DNA of 62,985 nt, filler included, from Octopus bimaculoides (lineage: Eukaryota), in assembly GCF_001194135.2 (NCBI RefSeq). It is 6 parts of 6 records of this genome, joined end to end, with 100 filler letters (N's around TTAATTAATTAA, not from the genome) between each part and the next. Parts side by side here need not be neighbours in the genome. Positions count along the whole stretch, not along the records: positions 20,021 to 34,040 come from NC_068991.1; positions 34,141 to 40,220 come from NC_068993.1; 4 more parts are not named here. One strand, 5' to 3'. Positions 26,245-37,130 of the stretch are shown piece by piece. Positions within the stretch are counted from its first letter, which is position 1. Each line of letters opens with the position of its first letter. The translations under genes and the position numbers were made by a program. Under the pieces are notes generated by a model. That model saw only the letters and a program-made list of their open reading frames with translations. It had not been told where the DNA came from and searched no databases.

Positions 26245-26475
26245 TCTTGTGAAGGCTCTTGTTACGATACTGCACTCGCGATCGGCCGGTCGATTCCTGG
26301 ACCGGCGCTACGCTCTGTTTACGTCCCCGTAAGTTAGCGGTTCGGCAAAAGATAAGGTTAGAATAAGTACTACGCTTCCAAAGAATAAGTCCTGGGGTCG
26401 ATTTGCTCGACTAAAAGGCGGTGCTCAAGCATGGCCGCAGTCAAACGACTGAAACAAGTAAAAGAGTAAAAGAGT
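26245..26475 (+). mobile_element. Chimeric SINE: degenerate family-D head plus family-A tail
   Basis: TGCACTCGCGATCGG..GGTCGATTCCTGGACCGGCG resembles the D head; from 26316 TGTTTACGTCCCCG...GTAAAAGAG is the A tail. Confidence 0.65.
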
Positions 26476-26887
26476 TAACAACACCATTGGGAGGGAATCC
26501 TTCGACTTTCTCGATGGCGGCTCCTGGAATTAAGAGCAATGTGTGTTTTCCGGCCTTCCGTAAAGCAGAAACCGATAGTACTTTGCAAATAGCAGTTCCT
26601 GGCCCCTGCTGTTTTAGCTGGATCCGCTGCTTTTCTTTCCTTGCTTTTGCAGTTGCCTCGTGGTAAGAAACTCTCAAGAATCTCATATTGTCCAAGGGGT
26701 TCTGCATTGCTTGGTCTGTTAAATTGCAGGCGTGGTGGTTCAATGGCCTTGAACAGTAATCAGGCTCGGCACGACTATAGTGACACTACACGCTGACATG
26801 TCCTTTATGCTTACATCAAGATTCAGACCCAGACCATAGTAAGAATGTACCAAGAATAAATGTCAGTATTAATACCCTTGGTTGCAT
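26476..26887 (-). pseudogene. Candidate intronless pseudogene of a secreted Cys/His-containing protein, family not recognised
   Basis: One frame: MQPRVLILTFILGTFLLWSGSES*CKHKGHVSV*CHYSRAEPDYCSRPLNHHACNLTDQAMQNPLDNMRFLRVSYHEATAKAR...GPGTAICKV. Signal-peptide-like N-terminus; stops at 26816-26818 (TGA) and 26786-26788 (TAG). Confidence 0.45.
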
Positions 26888-27650
26888 TCTTTTATTCGGT
26901 CACAAACCTGTAAGCAGCTGCATGGTGCATCAGCTTGGCCTATGCGTTAACTTTTCGTCGGTCATGACCCAATTACACACGCATTATCTGCCCCACCCGA
27001 TGGAAAATCCATCATTCCACACCTAGATTAGAACTTGCTTTAATTGTCCCTTTGCGAGAACACTGAAATATCCACCATTTTGCGAGATCACTATTTATTA
27101 TTTCTTTCTGACTCGCAACACTAGCAAAAGAGAGATTTAGTGTCTTTGTTGCCTCCACCGCTTAAATTTCCTAGCAGCCTATACGCTGCTATGGCCTTCG
27201 AGGTTTTTAGCTCATACAGCAATACCAAAGAAAGAAAATTAGCGAAAATTTAGAAAAGATGAATGTTTAGCAACAAACCTTAGAGGTACGATGACAGTGA
27301 AAGGACAAGAAGAGTGAGTGTGTGTGTGTGAGAGAGAGAGAGGGGGGGAGGCAGAATAAGAAAAAGTAAGAAACAAAATGAGAGAGAGAAAGTGTATGAG
27401 AGAGAGAGAAAGTGTATGAGAGAGAGAGAGAGAGAGGTGGAAAGCAAGCTAACGAAGACAGTGAAACAAAGAGAAAAAAGTAAATGAAATGTTATAAAAC
27501 TGTCTCTGTTATAGAAAAATCTAAAGTGTATTTGCTACATGGGTAAAGAATCTCATTACTAGGGCAGAAATATATATATCAATATATATGTATATATATT
27601 ATGTGTGTGTGTAGGTATGTGTGTGTGTGTGTGAGTATGTGTGTGTTTGT

Positions 27651-27716
<66 letters not shown>

Positions 27717-28331
27717 NNNNNNNNNNNNNNNNNNNNNNNNNNNNNNNNNNNNNNNNNNNNNNNNNNNNNNNNNNNNNNNNNNNNNNNNNNNNNNNNNNNN
27801 NNNNNNNNNNNNNNNNNNNNNNNNNNNNNNNNNNNNNNNNNNNNNNNNNNNNNNNNNNNNNNNNNNNNNNNNNNNNNNNNNNNNNNNNNNNNNNNNNNNN
27901 NNNNNNNNNNNNNNNNNNNNNNNNNNNNNNNNNNNNNNNNNNNNNNNNNNNNNNNNNNNNNNNNNNNNNNNNNNNNNNNNNNNNNNNNNNNNNNNNNNNN
28001 NNNNNNNNNNNNNNNNNNNNNNNNNNNNNNNNNNNNNNNNNNNNNNNNNNNNNNNNNNNNNNNNNNNNNNNNNNNNNNNNNNNNNNNNNNNNNNNNNNNN
28101 NNNNNNNNNNNNNNNNNNNNNNNNNNNNNNNNNNNNNNNNNNNNNNNNNNNNNNNNNNNNNNNNNNNNNNNNNNNNNNNNNNNNNNNNNNNNNNNNNNNN
28201 NNNNNNNNNNNNNNNNNNNNNNNNNNNNNNNNNNNNNNNNNNNNNNNNNNNNNNNNNNNNNNNNNNNNNNNNNNNNNNNNNNNNNNNNNNNNNNNNNNNN
28301 NNNNNNNNNNNNNNNNNNNNNNNNNNNNNNN

Positions 28332-28378
<47 letters not shown>

Positions 28379-30250
28379 TGTGCATACAAATACATACATA
28401 TTTATCTCTATGTATACACATGTATTTTATCAATACACATTAACATACACATTCTCTCTCCATATATATATATACATATACATACATACACACACACCCA
28501 ACACGCTCACACACATAAGCATATACATACGAACACACAAGCACACACACACAAACATACACACACACACACACACACACATACACACACACATACACAC
28601 ACACTTACTCACATATATATATATTAATATTCGCTTCTCGTTTTTCACCAACGAAAATGTTTCAATTCCTTGGCAAAAGTTCTATTGCTGCTAGCAAGAC
28701 CAGTTAACAACATTCAGATGTTCTTCTAATATAATCTGCAATTATTCCCCCTCTGGCATAAAAAACCAATTTGCCTTATTGCTCTACTTTCACTGCCACC
28801 ACAATTTTGAGAGAATGAAATCTAGAGATATCTTTACTCTAAGATTCATAGTGACGATGTTGCTATTGTTGTTGTTGCTGTTGTTGATTGGGGTGTTGAT
28901 ACTGTTGTTTGTTGTAGAGATGGTGTTATTCTTAGTCATCGGTTTGTTGTTGTTGTTATTCATGGGGGATTGCGGTAATGCTTGCTGTTAGTCATATCAG
29001 GTTTGTTTGTTTTAGCTGTTGTAGAAATATGAATTTGACCAAAGATGAAATCCAGAATAAATTGGTACAGATTCTTTTATTCCATACTAAACACATAATA
29101 GGAATATAGTCTCTCTACTTGCCAATCAGGTTAGTTTGACTGCGACAAGACCGAATGGTTTGATAAAATTGTTGATCGAAAAAGTTCCGATTTCGGCAAC
29201 GAGAAATCCTAAGCGAAAGATAGCAGAATGATCTGAAACAGAAATGAGCGTGCGTTCTACAAAGAGTGTTAGTAATACATACATACATACATACATACAT
29301 ACATACATACATACATACATACATTAGGGTTCTCAAAACCTGAAAGAAAATGGCTGATTAGAAGACTACAGATTCAAGCCATCAATGGAACTGTAAAGAT
29401 ATGTAAAACTTTCCAAAAACTTAGCACATAAATACATATGCATACGCCTAGACATGAAAATATATACATAAAAACGCATCCATAAAACATACATACAAAT
29501 CAGCGTATACACTAACACCAAATACTGCAAACACACACATATGCACAATTACCTAGATGATGTTGATAAAAGTTCCATCTCTATGGACAAGAAATACAGA
29601 AATGAAACTGATTGATAGCATACATACATACATGCATATATTGTATGTACTCATACACATTAGTATGTTTGCATATATGTGTACATGGTTATGTAAATGG
29701 TGCGTATGCAAGTGAGTCTTCGTTTCCACGAAAATGCATGCATATGTTTTTATACGATAAAGTCTGATTGTGGATATGTGTGTAAAGAGCGTGCATACGT
29801 GCCTGATATGGCGATCCAACAAACAAGTGTATTACTTATTCTGTTGATGATCATATGTACATAATGATCCATATGTTTTATGAGTAGAAATCGTCGTGTT
29901 CTTTGTGGTAACAACATATGTAGAATGATCTGTGTTTCGAGTGTTTAGAACAAGCCGCATTCTTTTGCAGCAGCGTATCTCGAAAGGGTTGACACATTGT
30001 AAAAGGTTGTCTGGTTTTGATGTGATGCTGAGGTGCATGAGCTGTCTGGTTCGCTCCCATGTGGCACCACTGCTATATGAAATTCAGGTTTTTGATTGTT
30101 CATATATTAAAGGATCGTTAATTAACTGATGAGTGTTCAATTAGATTAATCTACCCTTAGAGTAAATTCTTCGAATGTGAGTTCGCATTGCTAACGTACC
30201 ACCAATGTAGTTCAATCTTAATCATCTTAATTATCCTACTGTGATAATAT

Positions 30251-30542
30251 TGTTGTCGTTGTTGGCACTCCGTCGCTTACGACGTCGAGGGTTCCAGTTG
30301 ATCCGATCAACGGAACAGCCTGCTTGTGAAATTAACGTGCAAGTGGCTGAGCACTCCACAGACACGTGTACCCTTAACGTAGTTCTCGGGGATATTCAAC
30401 GTGACACAGAGTGTGACAAGGCTGGCCCTTTGAAATACAGGTACAACAAAAACAGGAAGTAAGAGTGAGAGAAAGTTGTGGTGAAAGAGTACAGCAGGGT
30501 TCGCTACCATCCCCTGCCGGAGCATCGTGGGGCTTTAGGTGT
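30251..30542 (-). mobile_element. SINE family C, 5' end lost in gap
   Basis: Near-identical to the tail and body of 8325-8708. Confidence 0.9.
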
Positions 30543-31158
30543 NNNNNNNNNNNNNNNNNNNNNNNNNNNNNNNNNNNNNNNNNNNNNNNNNNNNNNNNNN
30601 NNNNNNNNNNNNNNNNNNNNNNNNNNNNNNNNNNNNNNNNNNNNNNNNNNNNNNNNNNNNNNNNNNNNNNNNNNNNNNNNNNNNNNNNNNNNNNNNNNNN
30701 NNNNNNNNNNNNNNNNNNNNNNNNNNNNNNNNNNNNNNNNNNNNNNNNNNNNNNNNNNNNNNNNNNNNNNNNNNNNNNNNNNNNNNNNNNNNNNNNNNNN
30801 NNNNNNNNNNNNNNNNNNNNNNNNNNNNNNNNNNNNNNNNNNNNNNNNNNNNNNNNNNNNNNNNNNNNNNNNNNNNNNNNNNNNNNNNNNNNNNNNNNNN
30901 NNNNNNNNNNNNNNNNNNNNNNNNNNNNNNNNNNNNNNNNNNNNNNNNNNNNNNNNNNNNNNNNNNNNNNNNNNNNNNNNNNNNNNNNNNNNNNNNNNNN
31001 NNNNNNNNNNNNNNNNNNNNNNNNNNNNNNNNNNNNNNNNNNNNNNNNNNNNNNNNNNNNNNNNNNNNNNNNNNNNNNNNNNNNNNNNNNNNNNNNNNNN
31101 NNNNNNNNNNNNNNNNNNNNNNNNNNNNNNNNNNNNNNNNNNNNNNNNNNNNNNNNNN

Positions 31159-31209
<51 letters not shown>

Positions 31210-31382
31210 ATATATATAAGGAAAATGGAGAGTTTGAACACAGAGAAAAAAAATCAATTTATTAACATAATAGTCAATTTCATATTGCCTACATACGTTT
31301 CAATTTCTTATCTTCATTTATATTTTGCAATTAAGGTTACATTTTGCGTTCAAAAGGTAAAAATCTCTTCAGTTCAAAAATT

Positions 31383-31606
31383 GCCAACCATGAAAGCACT
31401 TTTAGGGATAAGAAGAAAGAAGCTAGCACTAGTTTAAGCAGATTAATTTGGGAAATTGAAGACAGAAATAAGGAATGTACACCGAAGTGAGAATTAAGTA
31501 GCAGGACAAAAATCTTATAGCATTGGAAGCAAAAAGATGTGACTTGTGCGTTAAGGAAATTTTCCAGATCATTACATCCAAGCACAAATTAATCAACAAT
31601 CAAAGG
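31383..31606 (+). mobile_element. Penelope-like element GIY-YIG endonuclease C-terminal remnant
   Basis: ANHESTFRDKKKEASTSLSRLIWEIEDRNKECTPK*EL..., frameshift, then SYSIGSKRCDLCVKEIFQI..LINNQR. Fits the Penelope pattern NH..F...STxLSxxIW...W...CxLC. Confidence 0.75.
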
Positions 31607-32781
31607 AAAGGAAGTTTTTATTGCTTACATTGGATTAAATATACGTTTAATAAATTCAAATATACAGAATTAAATAGACATTATAGGAATATACACACGT
31701 CTAGTAATTCCTAATAAATATAATTAAATAGATACAATTGCAGCGTGGAAGGTGTTTATAAGCCGTTTAAGAAACACACATACATATATATACACACATA
31801 TATACATATATATATACATATATATATGTGTATATATATATNNNNNNNNNNNNNNNNNNNNNNNNNNNNNNNNNNNNNNNNNNNNNNNNNNNNNNNNNNN
31901 NNNNNNNNNNNNNNNNNNNNNNNNNNNNNNNNNNNNNNNNNNNNNNNNNNNNNNNNNNNNNNNNNNNNNNNNNNNNNNNNNNNNNNNNNNNNNNNNNNNN
32001 NNNNNNNNNNNNNNNNNNNNNNNNNNNNNNNNNNNNNNNNNNNNNNNNNNNNNNNNNNNNNNNNNNNNNNNNNNNNNNNNNNNNNNNNNNNNNNNNNNNN
32101 NNNNNNNNNNNNNNNNNNNNNNNNNNNNNNNNNNNNNNNNNNNNNNNNNNNNNNNNNNNNNNNNNNNNNNNNNNNNNNNNNNNNNNNNNNNNNNNNNNNN
32201 NNNNNNNNNNNNNNNNNNNNNNNNNNNNNNNNNNNNNNNNNNNNNNNNNNNNNNNNNNNNNNNNNNNNNNNNNNNNNNNNNNNNNNNNNNNNNNNNNNNN
32301 NNNNNNNNNNNNNNNNNNNNNNNNNNNNNNNNNNNNNNNNNNNNNNNNNNNNNNNNNNNNNNNNNNNNNNNNNNNNNNNNNNNNNNNNNNNNNNNNNNNN
32401 NNNNNNNNNNNNNNNNNNNNNNNNNNNNNNNNNNNNNNNNNNNNNNNNNNNNNNNNNNNNNNNNNNNNNNNNNNNNNNNNNNNNNNNNNNNNNNNNNNNN
32501 NNNNNNNNNNNNNNNNNNNNNNNNNNNNNNNNNNNNNNNNNNNNNNNNNNNNNNNNNNNNNNNNNNNNNNNNNNNNNNNNNNNNNNNNNNNNNNNNNNNN
32601 NNNNNNNNNNNNNNNNNNNNNNNNNNNNNNNNNNNNNNNNNNNNNNNNNNNNNNNNNNNNNNNNNNNNNNNNNNNNNNNNNNNNNNNNNNNNNNNNNNNN
32701 NNNNNNNNNNNNNNNNNNNNNNNNNNNNNNNNNNNNNNNNNNNNNNNNNNNNNNNNNNNNNNNNNNNNNNNNNNNNNNNNN

Positions 32782-32844
<63 letters not shown>

Positions 32845-33210
32845 CACATAAGCAACATTGGCGGTGTAGCTTATTCTAATTAATAAGTACGTTCTGATGA
32901 TATATTTGGCTGTAATTACAGAAGTAGATATTATTCTAGTCTAAAACGCAAGGAATTCGTACAAACGTTTTATTGACCAACAAAAAAACAAAACAACAAA
33001 AAACAAAAAACAAACTTAAATTAAACATATATTGTTGTTATAGACATCAACCAAACGACTTCTATAGCAAACATCAACAACATCGACATTACTCACTAAG
33101 AGAAATGTGTACACATGGGCGCGTATACACGCACATACAATTAAACAAACATAGATGTCTGTATATGTGCGTGAATCCGCATATATGTAAGTGTCAATGT
33201 GAGTGAGGTA

Positions 33211-33252
<42 letters not shown>

Positions 33253-33570
33253 ATGAGTTTTGTGTGTGTGTGTGTGTATGTGTGTGTATGTGTATGTGTG
33301 TATGTACGTATGTATGTGTGTATGTATGTATGTGTGTATGTACGTACGTATGTATGTGTGTGGGTGTGAGTGCATGTATGTATGTATGTGTGTGTATGTA
33401 CGTATGTAATTGTATGTTTGTATGTATTTGTGTGTATGTGTGTATGTATGTGTGAATGTATGTATGAATGTATGTACCGAGATATGAATATGTATCTATG
33501 CATGCATGTATGTATGTATGTATGTATGTTTGTATGTTTGTATTATGTATGTATGTATATATCAACTGAT

Positions 33571-33692
33571 TGAACTTGAAGCAACATGAAATAAGTGTTT
33601 TGCTCAAGAACACAATGCGCCGCCCACTCAGGGTATCGAACCAACGATCTACCGATCGTGAGTGCAACAGCCTAACCACTATGCCACGCACC
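33571..33692 (-). mobile_element. SINE family D (tRNA head plus CORE-like domain), 3' truncated
   Basis: Reverse complement GGTGCGTGGCATAGTGGTTAGG...GGTTCGATACC...GTGTTCTTGAGCAAAACACTTATTTCA. Confidence 0.8.
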
Positions 33693-33799
33693 TTCATATA
33701 TATGTATATATCCACACGCACACACTTACACACTCTCACATACACACGCATGCGCACCTTTGTTTTGGGATCACCGATACTTTATTATCTCCTCTTCTT

Positions 33800-34040
33800 C
33801 CTAGCTCTCCTGTCTAACTTCCTTTGTGAAAACACAATTAGGAACTTAGTTCGTCGTTTTGAAAAACAAGGGGCAGTAAATGATCTCCCACAATCTGGGA
33901 GACCTCGCACTGTCAGAACCGTCGAGGCGAGAAAGTATTGAACAGAACCTGGGCACGTCGACTCGAAGGCGATCCAGACAGCATGGGATTTCACAAACTT
34001 CGCTGCAAAGAGTTCACAGCAGCCTTAACCTTTTTCCATA
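33800..34040 (+). mobile_element. Tc1/mariner transposase N-terminal HTH remnant
   Basis: NTIRNLVRRFEKQGAVNDLPQSGRPRTVRT, frameshift, then IEQNLGTSTRRRSRQHGISQTSLQR..LNLFP; cut by the gap. Confidence 0.8.
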
Positions 34041-34779
34041 NNNNNNNNNNNNNNNNNNNNNNNNNNNNNNNNNNNNNNNNNNNNTTAATTAATTAANNNN
34101 NNNNNNNNNNNNNNNNNNNNNNNNNNNNNNNNNNNNNNNNTATATATACATTTGCGTGTGTAGATAGATAGATAAATACATACATACATACAATCAGACA
34201 GACAGAAATACATAGAACAATATCCTTTTCGGTAGGTGAAATTCCAAATGGGGTTTTTCCTCAGTACGACCTAGCTATGACCACCGAATTTCGTTCCAGA
34301 TTTGTAAATATCTAAATGGATGAAAACAAAGAAGTAAACTTACATTCTCTTTATTTTTAGAGAAACCATTCTAAAAAAAGTGTCGACTTGCAATAAGTCA
34401 GGGTTTATGTGCATTCAGTCCACGAAATTTCCAAAATATTTTAAGTAGAACTTTACACACAAAAAGAAATCCCAAACTATAAAACATATACAGAAGCTAA
34501 AAAAGCCTAGTTGCAATTTTTAAAATATTTTCCATAACATCATGCATTTTTATCAGAATTCTGGTGTAATTTACACAAAATATTCAGAAGGAATTATTTT
34601 TCTAACCAGTATTTTTTCTCAACCTCTTCGTACCTCTGGCGGGATATAAATTCTTAATTCGTTTGACTAGATTTGAAATGAACAAATTCCAGGAAAAGTA
34701 AACATAACCAACAATTTTCTCTGTTAAAGGAAGTATTCAGATTACGAATTAGAAAACTGTACGGTAACCTACATATTCA

Positions 34780-34988
34780 TTTCAAATTTTGCCACAAGGG
34801 CAGCAGTTTCGGGGTATGAGATATGTCAATTACATCGACCCCAATAATCAACTGGTACTTATTTTACAAATTCCGAAATGATGAAAGGCAAAATCAACCT
34901 CGGTGGAATGTTAACTCAGAAAATTAAGACCGATGCAATGCTACTAAAATTTTACCCGCTGTGCGAACGATTTTGCTGTCTCGCCGCC
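34780..34988 (-). mobile_element. SINE family B
   Basis: Reverse complement carries the B head, core and TTTGAA end. Confidence 0.75.
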
Positions 34989-35763
34989 TTTCTCTAGCCT
35001 ACATATTACAACTTTCTTACATTCACATATACATAGGGGTTTTCTTCAACCTATTATTAGACATTATATTATTTATAGCTTTATGTGCTTCGAAATTCAT
35101 TGTTCTAAAAATGAATTATACATATACAGGGTACACACACACACCCACACACATACACACACACATACACTCACACACACACAATATATACATGCACATG
35201 CAGGCAACAACAAAAGTAGCGAGTTGGTAGATTCGCTGTTCTTTCTTTAAGTGTAGGCAACTAAAAGTAACTTTGCTTTCTTCCCCCTGTATACCAGTCT
35301 TATTCTCTCCAGAAGAAATGAGCTAGATTTGGAGGAGGGGTATCTCATGAATAAAGTGGCCAAGAAACGCTGAATAGCTGGTGAGGCTCTTACGACTTTA
35401 TGTACATTTAGATCCCTAAGGAAGGGTGGACGAACACCCATCAATGTGCGTGTGGGCGTGAGTGGATGTGTCTGTGTGTGCATGCATGTGTAATGTTTGT
35501 GCCTGTTTATATATAAAATAAATGTTTGTGGTTCTAAGAACACGACGTAAACTTTCATGTAAGAATTTCGAATCTCATCCTTTACAATCAAATTATGTTC
35601 AATACAACGACAAAGTTCAAGATCTCCAGAGACTGCTTACTCGGAAACGCCACTAACACGCCATTTGGAAATTAGATAATTATATAAAATGTTAACAAAA
35701 ATATATGAAAGCGTGTATATACATATATATATATATGCCTGTGTCTGCATACACATACATATA

Positions 35764-35812
<49 letters not shown>

Positions 35813-35936
35813 NNNNNNNNNNNNNNNNNNNNNNNNNNNNNNNNNNNNNNNNNNNNNNNNNNNNNNNNNNNNNNNNNNNNNNNNNNNNNNNNNNNNNNNN
35901 NNNNNNNNNNNNNNNNNNNNNNNNNNNNNNNNNNNN

Positions 35937-35996
<60 letters not shown>

Positions 35997-36192
35997 TTCA
36001 TATATAAGTAGAAAAAACATTCATACATACATGCATACATGAACTCATACATATGTGCATATATTTTTATTTGTCTTCAATCAAAATCAAAACGTTACTG
36101 CCCCATAGTGTTTCTTATGAAAGTCGCAACATTTAATAATTTTAATATTTAATAATTTGAACTATATGTACAGGGTCTGTAATTGTGGGGGC

Positions 36193-36342
36193 TCTACGTT
36201 CTGATTTCAAATGCCACCGAGGTCGGACTTTGCCTTTTATCATTTCGAGCTCGATGAAATACGTACCTATTATACACTAGGGCCGATGTATCCAAGATAC
36301 TCCCTCCCGTGAAATTGTAGGCCTTGTGTTAAATTTGAAACC
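36193..36342 (+). mobile_element. SINE family B 3' part followed by an expanded (ATT)n tail
   Basis: TACGTTCTGATTTCAAATG..GAGGTCGGACTTTGCC..TTTGAAACC, then (ATT)n at 36344-36402. Confidence 0.75.
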
Positions 36343-36402
<60 letters not shown>

Positions 36403-37044
36403 TTATGTTTGACTTTTGTCTTGCATTTGTACAAGTTGGATCCAAGTCTCACCCAGAGACCTCAAGAGACAACAAGTTAGAAGTTCATGTAGGTGTTATG
36501 CCTAGGGTGCCATATATTTGGATTTGTACAGTTTTGTTCAAGTGAATGTTTAAGNNNNNNNNNNNNNNNNNNNNNNNNNNNNNNNNNNNNNNNNNNNNNN
36601 NNNNNNNNNNNNNNNNNNNNNNNNNNNNNNNNNNNNNNNNNNNNNNNNNNNNNNNNNNNNNNNNNNNNNNNNNNNNNNNNNNNNNNNNNNNNNNNNNNNN
36701 NNNNNNNNNNNNNNNNNNNNNNNNNNNNNNNNNNNNNNNNNNNNNNNNNNNNNNNNNNNNNNNNNNNNNNNNNNNNNNNNNNNNNNNNNNGTCATTCCCA
36801 GGGCACCTATGACAATAGGTATTGTTTTTGTCTTCAGATTCCACATTTTGCTAATTTCTATTTCAAGATCTTTATATTTGCTCAGTTTTTGGTAGGTCTT
36901 GACAGATACGTTTATATCGATTGGGACAGTCATATCAATGAGGAGGCATGATTTTTGTCTGAAGTCTTTCAGTATGATGTCTGGCCTATTTGCGTCTATC
37001 TTTCTGTCAGTTTGAATGGTGAAGTTCCAGAGGAGTGCAATGTG
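36403..37044 (-). mobile_element. R4/Dong-like RLE LINE copy 1, 5'-truncated: restriction-like endonuclease and 3' UTR
   Basis: 84 uninterrupted codons (37044-36793): HIALLWNFTIQTDRKIDANRPDIILKD...LLIDMTVP...KLSKYKDLEIEISKMWNLKTKTIPIVIGALGM. 3' end runs into (TAA)n. Confidence 0.9.
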
Positions 37045-37118
<74 letters not shown>

Positions 37119-37130
37119 CAGTATTATTAT

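Noticed and set aside
26813-26818. Selenocysteine reading of TGA-TGT
   Set aside because: An in-frame TAG follows ten codons later and no SECIS was recognised.
30126-30140. CTGATGA here and at about 32893 as further hammerhead cores
   Set aside because: No correctly placed GAAA or helices.
27559-32883. Long ORFs of 250-375 aa (also at 12618, 25179, 44374, 50256 and 60857)
   Set aside because: They consist of N runs plus dinucleotide repeats and have no coding signal.
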